A stretch of DNA of 62,693 nt, filler included, from Catajapyx aquilonaris (lineage: Eukaryota): the NCBI GenBank assembly GCA_000934665.2. It is 3 parts of 3 records of this genome, joined end to end, with 100 filler letters (N's around TTAATTAATTAA, not from the genome) between each part and the next. Parts side by side here need not be neighbours in the genome. Positions count along the whole stretch, not along the records: positions 20,952 to 41,765 come from JYFJ02006184.1; positions 41,866 to 62,693 come from KZ539492.1; 1 more part is not named here. One strand, given 5' to 3'. The notes beneath the pieces were generated by a model, which had not been told where the DNA came from, made no database searches, and saw only the letters and a program-made list of their open reading frames with translations. Shown here piece by piece: positions 37,098 to 50,292 of the stretch (the stretch's first letter is position 1; each line of letters opens with the position of its first letter). The translations under genes and the position numbers were made by a program.

Positions 37098-40000
37098 CCT
37101 CCTGGATTCACCAACGATGCCTGCTGGTGGTCACTCCTCCGACGCCTCTCGCCAACTGAAAGTACAATGGGTCAGAGGTCAATCTCTGCATGACATGGCT
37201 GCATGAAAGTTGTCATCTAATACATATTTCCAAATGTATGTCTGTACGTTCCCCATGCAAATCAATACGGAGGCCTCGACATATGCTCCAGGGGATCATT
37301 AGGGGTAGTTTTTAACGGGGAAGGTTTTTAGCACATTGGACTTGACCTCCGAGGTCATCCTTGGCCGCAGGAGGCGACGTGGCAGCAAAGCAGGAACCCC
37401 GGATGTAGCATCGATACATCGATTCATTCAAAGAATTTCATAACCCGAACAACGCCAGATATCCTGCTAGTGATACAATAATCTAAGGCTGTGGACCTTT
37501 TCGAGAAATATGTAACATGGTATCCTCCTAATTACATGCAAATCTACTCGATATCTATAGGAAACCCCTATCTTCCAGTTGTAACTTTCCAGTCACTATA
37601 AGTAACTTTCCTTATCTACATGATGCCTGTCCACATCATATGGTTAGATTTTCGGAAAGAAACACTCGGCATAAATCTCAAGAGTAACTGCTGGTGTGTC
37701 CCGTTTACCTTCCGGGCAAAGTCAACATTGGAAGCAAATTTCTCTGTAACTCCTGACTCGTTGCGAACCGTTTCTCCGGGTACCACGGGGATTTCAAACT
37801 TTGACAATTAATTTTGCATAAGAGTAAGAAGCTGTATTTCATAATCTTAGCTTCTGGCCTGCACTAAATATAAGAGACATTCACGTCCATTGCGAAAAAA
37901 TATTGCCGAAAATTTACGTCTCCAAGCTTGAGCACTTCTGAGAAAAGTATAATAAAACTGCTTAATATGAAACAGTACAAGTCGTAAACCACTATAGAGA
38001 AACCCACAAAATAATTGCTACGCTTGACCTTCAAGAAGTGTATTTCCATATCTGGCAGTGATAGAAGAGAGGAAGTCACAATGCGCCAACGTCATAAGAA
38101 CATGATTAGATTAGTTACAAATATACCGGTAACAGACTTGTGAGTACATTGGTTGTGTGTACTGACTGCGGAACATTCACTTGTCCATTTATATTGAAAG
38201 TAACGTTCAATGGACCAGTACATAACGAGTTATGCCTGAGGGCGCGTTATGATGCTATTATAAGGAGAGCACTTCTGCCTACTATTTGTTTGCCCTTCGA
38301 GTGGATGGATCATCATTATATTCCACCCCACGTAACAAGCAAAACATCATGTCACTGTGGGTAGTAATCCATCAGATGAAACCATAACCATATTCTCTGA
38401 CAATTTCTGCCATGCGCACAATGGGTAATTCACGATTAATAATACTCCATGAAGTCTTTGGCAGGTAGTGCATGTGCATGACATTTTTTTTTGGCCAGAG
38501 TCTAACGTATCACTGTTTCCATCAACTTAATGCACGACTCCACTAAAAGCAGACGAAGTGTCCATTATTACATAAAAATAATGGCTCCTACTCAGTTTCA
38601 GCAGGTATCACGTGAAGAACTAACAGCCCTTGATTTTACGACCGCTTTCTTTGAGTAATGGCATTGTTTTACTTAACAAAATGCAGGCTCCCTGGACCGA
38701 ATATAGCCTGAACAGTCCGGTGGTTCCATGCCCTGGCTCTTGCACAGTTCGATATTATCACTCCCACGGCATAATATGAAAATCCCCCCCCCCCCNCCAT
38801 CTCCTGTCTCCCACCCCCACCTCTCCCCTCTGATATTCGATTCGAGAGGAGGATCTCCCTGCATAAATGTCTCGTGCAGGTGCCACCACTTGACACCATT
38901 TTCGACGTGACAATCAACCACTTTTAATCAAGTGATGCCAGGGCGACGGTATACACGCATTTGCAGTACACAAGGTCGCCTCACACAAAAATTTTCGGTC
39001 TAAAGAACACTCTTCCTGTATATGGGGGGAGTCCCCACAAATTTAACAGGTTATGCGACAACCTGTGCATAAAAGGTCACCCTTTGGCGCATTATATTTC
39101 TTCCCTTTGATCAGGATGTAAATTTGCATTATGGAGAATCTGCTTTTGTCAAAAAAAATATTACAAAAGTTAAAGGCTAAAGATGTAAGCAACAGTACCC
39201 CCTCCCCTCTCCATCTTACTGTTTTCTCTTTAATAAGGTGCTGCCTGATCTCCCTGCTTTGAATAAATCAATTTCAGACAAAAAGCCTTGACCTGACAAA
39301 TCACTTATTGATGTTTTGCAAAAACCCATGCAAGGCTTACCTGTTAGATAATACACGATGAAGGGTTGATGGATGTTTTTAACACAAAAACTTGATTTTA
39401 AGTAACGTCAACTTTCACCAGACTTGACAAGACACCGTAATAATAACCCTTTACAACAAAATGCATGGTTTTGACGTTTAAATAAAACCCTATTAGCTTA
39501 CTATGACACAGCAAAAATTAAATGAAAAACCAGGCTCTGTTTTTGGCTAATCATACTGCCATATTCCGTAAGAGATTACACAACGGCAGTTTTTCTAAAG
39601 GTCGTCCTCGCCGAAAATTATTCCGCCCCTTGGCACGTTTATGGCTGCCCGATTTCTATTTTAAGCTACCAGGAACGGTGAAACTATACAGTCTAATGCA
39701 CACTACAGTTACACACAGTCGATTTAGGTTTAGAGGAATATACTGTATGCATATACGCATAATATTCGACTGCGCATTATTACTGTACAAGAAAAAAATT
39801 TATGTTAATAAATGGTAATCACGTCTATACGACTGCTCACTATGGTTGCCATGTAAATCCAGGAAAAGCTGGATTCAGTTGTTACATCCCTGGAATATAC
39901 CTGAATTCCTTTAAAACCTATATAGACTTTGAATGTCAAAATCAAGGTGACATTTTAAACAAAACTGACACTTAGCTCCAACAGCACTATTTCCCCCAGA

Positions 40001-41765
40001 AGTAACAGTTTGCAGACGCACTTCACGCCCTTTAGAATAATCCGCCTAATAACTGTGCTTCAACGCTCAAATAACATCATTTACTCCGTACACACATGTA
40101 GCAACCATCCGTTCAACGTGTTACTATTTCATGTCGATTTAATTACTGCGCGCTATATAAGCACAAAGCACATGACTAACAGCCTTAACGTTTGACACAA
40201 AGGGGTTTGACATGACAGCTAGGTTAGTTAGTTTGTATTGCGTCCTACAACAGCGCTCTATGCACTTGAAAATTGCTGCACCTAGTGAACTGGCTGGTTC
40301 CTATTGTGATTCACTTCATTACTTGCGTTTAATTACGGACGTCGACCTGGGCCACCAAATTACCCCAACTATAGCCTCCGACATCCTGCATGTTTGTAAT
40401 CCCCCCCCCTCCCCCACATACCCCCTATATAGTACGAATAAAAAAAAAACAACAACACCGAACTCCGCCATTATCCAGGTCAGTTATAGGCTCCAGGGAC
40501 TTTTAGTAGTACGGCAGATTTATAATCGATTGCTCTTGTCAGCCTAAGAGCTCCGAGTCTCATGAACACATGGTGCCTACGGCGGTATAGATTTCGACAA
40601 TGTTGGCACTGGAATGTCACGGAACTTATGCCTGAGGATGACATGGTCGTGGTTACGCAGCGGAGAGGAAAAAGTCTAAAAACCGGCTGCAAAAAAAAAA
40701 AAAAAAAAAAAACTAACCGAAAGACAGGTCGCTATAAAATGCAAAAAAAAAATAATCGAGCAACTATTAAAATATTTAGCATAATTAATAGCATAATTTA
40801 CATGGATTGCATGGTGGTAAACACATCATCAAAATCCAGTGCACTTACAATCAACACTGGTGCCGCGTTTATGTAATGACAGTTAATTATGTGTAATGTT
40901 CATTGAAAGCAACATAATTGGTATAAATATTAATTGGCCGCGCTAATGTTTCGCACATAAGCTCATGGTGCATCTCTACTGTCAGTGTAAGCGAATTAGC
41001 CGCTAATGACGAAGCAGCAAAATTCCGCCGTAAATTCAGCTTATTGATGAGCCGCCTGAAGAGCTTTATCATGTACTTGAAAGACCATTCATTAACTGAG
41101 TTAAAGCTAACCGCTAATAAGAAGGAAGACCGTATGTTCCTCATTTGCACCAATAAAGACACTATCACAATGTGACGCACTCCAACAAAAAAGAGAGTAC
41201 TGTACAGTATTTAGGAACGTGACACTGTAGAGGTCACCATGTCACAACAGGTATGTAGACCTATATGCATAATTGATCTCCCCTCTTTAAATTAACGCCC
41301 ACTACTGCGCGAAATGAAAAGTCGCTTAAATATCCTTCCAATGTCAGTAGCATTTGGGAACGCTTTTTCCGGCCATAATCCTATTTATAACAACTCTATC
41401 ATGTCAGCAGTGTATATGAGGAGCGATTTATCAAGAGCTGTCAGTCGCGTATATATGAAGTGAAAATCTATACCATACAAAATATTATGAATGCGAGTTT
41501 CTGTTCAAGTTTATGACTCTCTGGTGGTTCCAAATAATAAAGCATCATGCGCATTTGAAAATGGCACAAATTAGTGGCTCACCCCTAACTATACCACATT
41601 ATTAAAATACCTATATCTGATACACCAAAAGTTACCGACTTGTCCCATTTATTACAGACTCGCCCGTTACTTTTGTCTGTGCACCTGATGCACACCGGAC
41701 CTTGATAAATCACTTCATATTTCCCCAGTATACAGTACGACCCTGACGTTACAGAGCAAAATCGA

Positions 41766-41865
41766 NNNNNNNNNNNNNNNNNNNNNNNNNNNNNNNNNNN
41801 NNNNNNNNNTTAATTAATTAANNNNNNNNNNNNNNNNNNNNNNNNNNNNNNNNNNNNNNNNNNNN
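41766..41865. other. Artificial contig spacer
   Basis: 44 N + TTAATTAATTAA + 44 N, identical to the first spacer. Confidence 0.97.
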
Positions 41866-42090
41866 CTGTTTACAAATCGAGTGAGTGACGCGGACGACCC
41901 AGCGACGGGTCTCTTCTGCCTGCGAACTCACTCACTCGATTTGTAAACAGTGGCAACAATGGAAGCGCTCTCCATGGGCTGATGTTTGAATTGGCCCGCC
42001 GGCCGGGGTTGCCAGGTAACGGGCTACAATATAAGCAGCTTAGGCCGAATTTGTCAATAACTAAAACGACAAAAAAGTTTGATCACCCTG
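41866..42090. mobile_element. Right part of a Tc1/mariner-type MITE
   Basis: Ends GATCACCCTG|TA. Internal hairpin CTGTTTACAAATCGAGTGAGT...ACTCACTCGATTTGTAAACAG. Confidence 0.6.
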
Positions 42091-42378
42091 TATACAGTAT
42101 ATACTATCTTTCCCGGCTTCCTGCCACATTTGCAACATCTTCCGTCTTGTGCTGAGTATGTTTATAAAAAAATGTATACCTATTAATTACGACGCATGAT
42201 TTTCCAGCATTTACTCGCTTAATTTCTGGAGTACGTACATCATATCAGGGGTGCTTGCGGAAGTTATTATGTAGGCCTATTCAATAGTAAAAATGCTTCC
42301 CACCCCTCCGTCCCCCAGACGGAACATGATCACTGGCTCACATGTTACACATTGCTGCAAAGAGGTCGGTAAACTTAA

Positions 42379-42868
42379 AGGGACACTCCACTCAAAATAC
42401 AAGTTGGCCCCCAAAAATCGGGCAAAAAATCCTGATTCCGAATGTGCAATCGGTTTTTTTCTACGCCCAACGGTAACACGGAAAATAATATATCTACACA
42501 CGTCGTCTGCTAAGAAGGGCGATACAACAGCATCTCGCGGCAAACCGGAGAAGTAGAGGAGGTGCCGCGCCCAGGGTCACCTACATGAGTGCCTCCCCCA
42601 CCTAGACAGTTAGACAGTTAGGGTGGGGGAGGCAACCATGTAGGGGACCCTGGCCGCGCCAGGCACCGTCTCTAGTTCCGCCCGGTTCCACTTGGTGGCG
42701 TCGCCACCTGCTTGCCCCGCGCGCGGTTTTCGAACGACGCACTTCCAGCTTTCACACTGGCCCACTGGCCTTACCGTTCGTCTCCAAGAAAAACTGTTTA
42801 TACCCTCGGAATCAGGATTTTTTGCCCGATTTTTAGAACCCAACTTGTATTTTGAGTGGAGTGTCCCT
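42379..42868. mobile_element. 490-bp Kolobok/T2-like MITE
   Basis: TTAA duplication (42375-42378, 42869-42872) and TIR AGGGACACTCCACTCAAAATACAAGTTGG. Confidence 0.9.
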
Positions 42869-43149
42869 TTAATACTGCACTTAATAATGTGTGAGTCGTG
42901 AATTATGTTTATCCTGTAAAATAAATAAAATGCAGCGTTGTCATGTGTCATTTAGTGTTCAAGTAGGGTATGGAATATTTCTGCTTCTGCGACGGGCAGC
43001 TGTACTAAGTTACTTCCAAACCCCACGACAACCTACACAGACTTAAGTTTGACGAACTCGATTGCATTTTGGGCGTCCGCAATATTCATTTAACTATTCC
43101 GTAAACGGCTTTTCATAAAATCATCCGCGCAGCTCGAACAGTTGTTATA

Positions 43150-43689
43150 CAGGGTGATCCAACTCTATGGCACCAGTAGTTATTGAAAAAATCGCGCAAG
43201 CTGCTTGTTTATAAGCAAGGCGTTGCTAAGAGATGCTTTCTGGCTCTTTCTGGAGAATCGGGAATAGCACCTGCTGATATTAGGTCCAGTGGCCATGTAA
43301 CAATAATATTTTATTTGCTGGTAACTAAACAACGCTGCCTGTTGACCTGTCTCAGTTTTGCCAACAGCGGCCAACAATGAACAGACCAGAAGGCCTATTT
43401 ATTGACACACCCGGGTCTGTCCAGTTCCGACGGATTGGGCCTCTGGTTTGGCAGCTAGTGACCTCATGTGAAACCCTCCAGCGAACACCAGAACAGGCCT
43501 GTTTCCCACGGAGGACCCTTTTTTCCCTCATTAATATTGTTACATGGGCATTGGACCTAATATCAGCAGTTGCTATTCCCGATTCTCCAGAAAGAGCCAG
43601 AAAGCATCTCTTATCAACGACCTGCTTATAAACAAGCAGCTTGTTGATTTTTCCAATAACTGTTGGTGCCACAGAGTTGGATCACCCTG
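43150..43689. mobile_element. Tc1/mariner-type MITE
   Basis: TA|CAGGGTGATCCAACTCT...AGAGTTGGATCACCCTG|TA with ~155-bp TIRs. Confidence 0.88.
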
Positions 43690-45078
43690 TATAGTGTAAT
43701 TTTAAATATGTATTGAGCTTGTGAGAACTCTGGCCAACATTGCAGGGAACCCTGAGAAGCCAGATCTGCCTAGTCAAGTTGGCCGTGCCAGAGACAAAGG
43801 AAAAAACACAAGCCTACAGCGTCGCCAACCTGACCCTTAGAAGCTACCGTACCACTAGAGTCAAAAAATACCGTATTTCGCCTAAAATTACCATACTTTT
43901 TAAAACAGGGCGTTTTGTAAATGAAACATTGGGGGAAAATATTAGATACACGTGAATATGTCTAAGGAATTTTCAGAACCGCGCAAAAGGCATGTGCAAC
44001 CCGCTGCAAACGGTAATACGAGCACAGCTGAAAAGAGCCCGCCGCAGGCGAAATTTTTTTTTGTTCAAGGTCGCACAAGCTTATGTGAATGTAACTGACA
44101 GAGAACAATGGAATCCTCCTATACTGTACACAAGTCGGATATAATAGTTTTATTGTATTATTTTTACTTTTATTTTATTTTATTTTGAGTACACAAAAGC
44201 GATTTTACCAAATACCATACATGTCATACCGTACAAATGAGTAAATTGCCGTATGACCCCTCCCCCCACAATTACCGTACAGGTTGGCAACGCTGTGAAG
44301 TCTATATCTTTTAAGATATTGATTGCAATCAGAAGTGACTCCAAAAATGGTATCCGGAGTTTTCGCCCCCTTTATATATTCCCCTCAGGGGTATTGAGCT
44401 GGGCTTCTCTACAGTCATGCCTGACATCAGCACGTGACATGCGTAAGTCAACAATGAAAATTCTGGAGGTTGGAAACAAAATAAACAAAAAGTTTCGAAC
44501 GTGTTAATGAGGAACTCTCCTAGGCGTGTATCTGCTGAGGATAGGGCTGTATCCGCAAGGAAGGAAGGTTAGGTTAGGTTAGGTTGGTACAGAGTACCCC
44601 TTCCTCTGCCACATGAAGCATTGAAAATATAAACACGCTTGCCCCTTCCCTGCGGGCTTCCGTACCCTAACAAGGGAACTATCTGAAACATAGGTCATAA
44701 TTTGCAAATACAATATTGTTTCTGTCAATAAAATGCATCATTTTGCAAATAATTCACAAATTTTCTCTTATTTCCAGTACTAAGCACCGGAGTTGAAAAT
44801 GCTGCTGATATGTACTGTGCACGACGGGGGCGAAATTGTCACGGGGGGAAACTGCGGGGGCGTAAACTCCGTGAGGCTCCCCAAAAATTGCAGCACTTCT
44901 ACTGCGGTGGAAGCTGATTCCAGCGAAGATGATGGATTGATGGTGACACAAAAGCAATAATGAACGTGATGTCCAGAAGTTGAAGATTTGTTCTTCCATT
45001 TTTGTATAGTACCCTACATCACCCTACATCACAGAAAATGAAATATTCGGATTTTATGTGACAGCTTTCATCTCATTA

Positions 45079-45308
45079 GGGGCCGTCCATAATCCGCACG
45101 GGAGGTTTTTTTCTCCCTTTTTTTACCCCCCCCCCCCNNNNNNNNNNNNNNNNNNNNNNNNNNNNNNNNNNNNNNNNNNNNNNNNNNNNNNNNNNNNNNN
45201 NNNNNNNNNNNNNNNNNNNNNNNNNNNNNNNNNNNNNNNNNNNNNNNNNNNNNNNNNNNNNNNNNCCCCCCCCCCCCCCATTTGTCCGCGCGGATTATGG
45301 ACGGCCCC
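45079..45308. mobile_element. Harbinger-like MITE spanning an N gap
   Basis: TTA duplication and TIR GGGGCCGTCCATAATCCGC. Confidence 0.75.
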
Positions 45309-46134
45309 TTATTTTCTATATGTAATATACGGTACATCGTATTTGGAAAATATACCGTACTGTATATTACGAGGGCGTGTCAAAACGAATTGAGACTGAT
45401 TTCTTGTGTGATAAAGAGAACTACCGTATTTGATAACTTGTGGTGGGTGCCATCGTGTTCTAAAAATCCAAGATCTCAAGCGAAGTGACACCAAAAGTAG
45501 GGCTAGGTTTACATTCGCCTTCGCGCTGCCAGGAGGTTGGCGGTGAGGAACAATATTCAGCGTTGAGGTTTTGCTGCCGTTTGAATAAAACAGCCACGGA
45601 GGTGTACGACATGCTAATATTATGAAAAGCAGACACTGGTCACCATGGTCGGCCACAAGACGTTACACCATTTCCCCAAACCTCCAACAGCATCTGCTGC
45701 CTCTCCTTTGGGGTCAACAACCTGGGGGCTCATCACCCATCACATCAATTTCAAACGCGTCGCACATGCAAATGGTCAATGCAAAATTGTGTGGGCACTA
45801 CCATTGGAGGTACCAATCATTCTGGCAAGGTCATCGACAGTTGTGCGGACCATCACTGCAAAGGTGGTGTTATGATCTCCTCGGTCAGAACTCGGACTGG
45901 AGCCTACAGATCTGTCTCTTTGAAAGCTGACTACCGACCCTCCCTGAATGCTTTGTACCACCAGAATGCTGTGGAACACTTCTTCGCCATACACCTCTCT
46001 TAGCATGTCGTATGCTTCCGTCGCTGATATCTTCAAACGGAAGTTAACTTACTGTCCTTCGGTTATTGTAAGTTATGTTATGTACTGGGAGTGAAGCCCC
46101 CCCTGGCAAGGATACCAGGGGGTAATAAAAATGG

Positions 46135-46177
46135 TATTGTATTGTATTGTATTGTATTGTATTGTATTGTATTGTAT
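46135..46177. repeat. (TTGTA)n microsatellite
   Basis: About eight tandem TATTG units, preceded by a GC hairpin and AATAAA. Confidence 0.85.
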
Positions 46178-46962
46178 TATTACCTATTCATCTGGTTCAA
46201 ATTCTACTCCTTGAAGGTTGTCATCTGGAGTTTCCTCCAGCTGCACTTCAACATTCATTGGGTCAATGTAAGGAAGGTTTCTCTCACAGCAGTCTTCTAT
46301 GGTATTGAGTAGCCTCTTCGATAAGTAGCGATTAGCATGCTCCCTGTAGGTCCTACTGGTCCTACCTCGAAATGTCCCTATCCATCAACATTGATCAGGA
46401 TGGTCTGGGCTGCAACATATCCAATTTTAAGGCAAATCGAACGGAAAACCAGAGCATATCCCGTCAATAGCACGCTCCCTGTAGGTCCTACCTCGAAATG
46501 TCCCTATCTAACATTGATCAGGACGGTCTGGGCTACAACATATCCGATTTTCAGGCAAATCGAACGGAAGGCCACTCGCCCATACATTTTGTGGCTTGTC
46601 CTTTCTAGCCATCCCAACGAGACTCTGGCAAGATGGAGCCAGTTGACACGTAGCTGAAGTCTGCGCAGGGTATTCTGCAGATCATGCTTATTGTAGAACT
46701 GGTGGATAGGAAGAAGGGAGGGGAGAGAAGACACATTCCTTGTGGTGCCGGCTGGGGGTCTGCTGATATCTCTGACCCGATTGGCTCTCCGGAGTCACGT
46801 GGTGTGACGTCAATGCGAGGATCAGAGGAAATGTAGAAAATTTTCAACTTTCCTCTCAGCGACTCAGCCCCTTGAGAGGACGCCAGAGGGCGTGAGAGGC
46901 GATATAGATTCCGTCTCGACGTACAAGATGTCTCGCACAAGAGGACTTATAAAAGAAACTCT

Positions 46963-47316
46963 AGGCTCATTCACACGAGCGACCCTTGGCCAGGAATTCC
47001 TGGCCAATACAGAAACGTGGCCAGCGGCTGGCCAGGAATCGAAAGTAACAGTTCACACGAGCAACGCGACGTTGTTGGGGGATAAGTGAGCATCGCGAGG
47101 CGCTTGGGAGTGCCGCTACTCCGCATGCGTTACTCCTGGCAACCATCGCTGGCCATGGCTAGCCAACTTCAGGAGCATGGCCAGCTCAGCCACCTTTTCC
47201 TGGCTCGGGTGGCGACCTTCCCTTCCTGGCCGAACCTGGCCACTAGCGTGTGAACGGGCTAGGCGACCTTTGGCCAGGAAACTTTCCGGCCGAAGGTCGC
47301 TCGTGTGAATGCGCCT
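46963..47316. mobile_element. PIF/Harbinger-like MITE nested in the mariner
   Basis: TIR AGGCKCATTCACACGAGCGACC, 3-bp TCT duplication, and TGGCCAGGAA internal repeats. Confidence 0.8.
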
Positions 47317-48571
47317 TCTAACGTCGATGCCGGCTTTAAGATCAGAATGTAGTATAAGTGTCCGGGGGCTGCCGCCGACCAAGCTCTTTGGCGCCGACCT
47401 CCTGGCAGCGCGGATGCGAATATGAACCTAGGCCTATTTTCGGTGTCACTGTCGATTGGGATCTAGGAATATCGGAACAAAAATTGGTGACCTCATACTT
47501 CTAAAACCAATCTGGACACGATGTCACTCACAGCGAATCATGAACTAATTCCCGTTATCGCATAAAAAATCAGTCTCAAAATGTTTTGACTCGCCCTCGT
47601 ACATGCGGAATTTGTAAAATTAAATTTTCCGGCCCCCGGGAAGAAAAACTGAAAACGACATTGGCAAATCACGCGAGCGTAATTCGAGTAGACGTTTTCT
47701 CATTGCCGAGGAAATTCAAATTGGACAACAATGACAAATAATGTAGCCAGTCTAATTTCCCGTTGCCAATGAACCCAAGGACTTGACCTCGGCGGATAGA
47801 GTGAACCCGGAAACCCGGAAGTGGGCGGTCACCGGCAGTTGACCATGAAACTTATTTAGGGTCCTCTGAATCCGAATCCGAAAACAGTTTGTCGATATCT
47901 CTTGCGGTTTAGACCCTGATACCTGTCCTGTCCACGGGCAGACGGACAGAGCCGTTCGATAAGACTTTTTTGATGAGAAAATGTCTACAAACGAAAAACC
48001 TGTTTTCCCCACAAAAGCCGGTTTCCCCCCATGCTAATTCAGATCTGACATGCCCAGGTGCAGTTACACCGCACTCCGATTATGAGCGCTAATTAATGCG
48101 CGGATAATCCGAAATTGGTCCTAGAATCTGTAAAATGAGTTATTCATAGATTAGTTGGTTGTTAGAGTTTGTGCCAATACACTGGACTCCCGATTATCCG
48201 GATGCGGATTATCCGTTAATTGTCAAAAAACCGGTTAGAAATAAAAGTTTGAAAGAAGTGTCAATATGTCTCGCAAACAATCTATCTTAAGGTTTATTGT
48301 ACATTTTTTATTAAACCTTATTCAAAACAGCATACACTATGTACAGTAGTTCATTTAAAACCTATGAACTGCTCATTTTTACAGTGTCTATCTAGGACCA
48401 TTTTCGGATTATCCTCTCTCTTCTACCTATAAGTTCAGAACATTCCGGTAGGGTCGCACATGTCTGTAAAGCCTTGAAATGCGCTATCAAGCGGCCACCT
48501 CCCGCAAGACGCAAGTCAGGGGTCAGGCCCCTAAGGCGTTAAGAGGGGGAGTGTCCAGACCTTTCTAAGAC

Positions 48572-48694
48572 CATGGGTGGAATTTTAATCGTACTACTAG
48601 TTACTTTTAACTTAGCAGTACCAGTGTAATGCAATGGTACTGCTAAGTAGCTGTAACTAGTAGTATGAGTGTATGACGAAAATTCCACCCCATG
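48572..48694. repeat. Short palindromic MITE (family copy 2)
   Basis: Homologous to 11134-11266; hairpin centred on CAGTACCAGTGTAATGCAATGGTACTG. Confidence 0.75.
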
Positions 48695-49918
48695 TTCCCA
48701 AACAACAGAGTAAACACTACAGGACACACACGGGCGTCACAGACTCACTCACAAAAACATGGCAGCACCAAACAATTACACACATGTACTGCCTCCATGG
48801 ATACTGTATAACACGGGCGTAAAGGAACTGTGCATGCTGCGCTGCACCAATATACGACATTTGATACTCACAAGTACACGGCAACTTCGGCCGAACTCGT
48901 CGACACGTTGTAATTGTCCTTACTGCAATTTCAGAGTTTACCAGGCGGCAAAAACACATCAATTGTAACGGACCCGCTTTCACGACAACACACCGATAAA
49001 CGCTCGCCCTAACGTCTTGTAGCAAAAGCAGAAGCTGATGCTTCCCTCAATTCTGAGTGCTTCTGAGCACATATGCTGAGCGTCGCGTCGGTGGCGGTAG
49101 CGTCACCTGGCGTCACCTGTGGACAGGCGATAGCAAGTTCAACCTGGCGGGCATGGACTTATAAAACTCGTTGGCGGGAAGGTTGGAATTGCTCACTTTT
49201 TGCGGGGTTTCGGCCATTTTTGTGGGAATTTGAATTTTTGCCACTTTGTGAATGTGTCCAATCACCTCATGATTGCCTGATCTGAGCCACTGTTTATCAG
49301 GGATCCGAGTTACTTACAAAACCGACTTACATCCCGTACTTTATATGCGGTGTAGCGTGTAGGAGCAGTGCGAACAGTGCAGTGGCAGTGGAGAGAAAAG
49401 CAACTAGATTATGACAAGGTCCAGTACTTACCTTTCCTGGGCCATTGAAGGTCCGCTAATCATGACAGGTACTGTACCTACGCGTTGATCAAAATAACCA
49501 AGAGATAATGAAAAGACACATTTTCAGATACACAACTAAAACTTAAAAAGTGGCATTTTCTTGGAATGAGCTTCGTCGAAGACAGCCGCCTCCTCAATAT
49601 TAATATGCCCCAATGTAAATATTGATTTTACCCAACTTTGTATTTTACGGATTTTTATTGCCCAGCACCAGCACGTAACGTAGCCCATGAGATGCCAAAT
49701 TATAATGTAGTCATATCTTGCTAATTTCAACATGATTTTGTTTGGTGGTTTTAGAAGGCCCTAGTATCAGATGTGCAAGCATGAATTATTGAAATACGGC
49801 ACGGATTAATTCAGCAGGTCTATATTAAAGTGCCCAACACATACCATGCGTGCTCCGCGCATAATTATATTATACCGACACGTATAGGGAGAGAGAGAGA
49901 GAGAAAAAAAAAAGTGAG

Positions 49919-50008
49919 TCCTTCGGACCGGATTTGAACCAGTGACCTATGGATGCCTGCTTTTGAACCAACTACAGTCCACCGCTCTACCAACTGAGCT
50001 ACCGAAGG
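49919..50008 (-). tRNA. tRNA-Tyr: tRNA-Tyr(GTA) with 17-nt intron
   Basis: CCTTCGGTAGCTCAGTTGGTAGAGCGGTGGACTGTAG-[ttggttcaaaagcaggc]-ATCCATAGGTCACTGGTTCAAATCCGGTCCGAAGGA. 73-nt mature form, intron after position 37, oligo-T terminator 5 nt downstream. Confidence 0.96.
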
Positions 50009-50247
50009 CTGCCTGTACGACACTGCGTTAGAGGTCAGGGTGCCACATAAGGAGGGACAGTTGCGGCTCCGGCCACCAGGGTCGTCCCACAGGTGTCAAT
50101 GTCTGGAGGCACTTTGGTAACCCCCCGATAGATGCCTTTTGTGTTTCTGTCCTTTGCACACGTTGTCGCCTGGCGCTAGTGCAGTGCGATGGCGGCTCCA
50201 CCCAGACAGCAGCAATGTCTGTCTGTAGTCAAGAAGCAAATCGAGCC

Positions 50248-50292
50248 ATGTGCTTGGCATACCTGGCAATAGTTTGTAAGAAGAAAACACCG
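50248..50292 (+). CDS. TEFM: Putative TEFM first coding exon
   Basis: GCCATG start, MCLAYLAIVCKKKTP, and a strong donor CCG|GTATGT in phase 0. An upstream in-frame ATG exists at 50215. Predicted from splice signals only. Confidence 0.5.

Larger units (their letters stand above)
45370..47599 (-). mobile_element. Degenerate mariner transposon with internal insertions
   Basis: TA|CGAGGGCGTGTCAAAAC...GTTTTGACTCGCCCTCG|TA. Frameshifted transposase fragments at about 45480-46050: SATEAYDMLREVYGEE, RTTVDDLARMIGTSNGSAHTILH and PRLLTP. Confidence 0.85.

Noticed and set aside
37540..38090. Short ORFs upstream of CAPS
   Set aside because: No recognisable motifs or consistent splice structure.
49150..49290. 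TATA-like motif followed by U-rich and CTGA motifs suggesting an snRNA or snoRNA
   Set aside because: No match to any spliceosomal or C/D RNA I can recognise. An Infernal/Rfam scan would be required.
37130..49463. Exon at 49432-49463 spliced to the CAPS acceptor at 37155 would give an 18-codon uORF
   Set aside because: Requires splicing across the second artificial spacer; there is no evidence of linkage.
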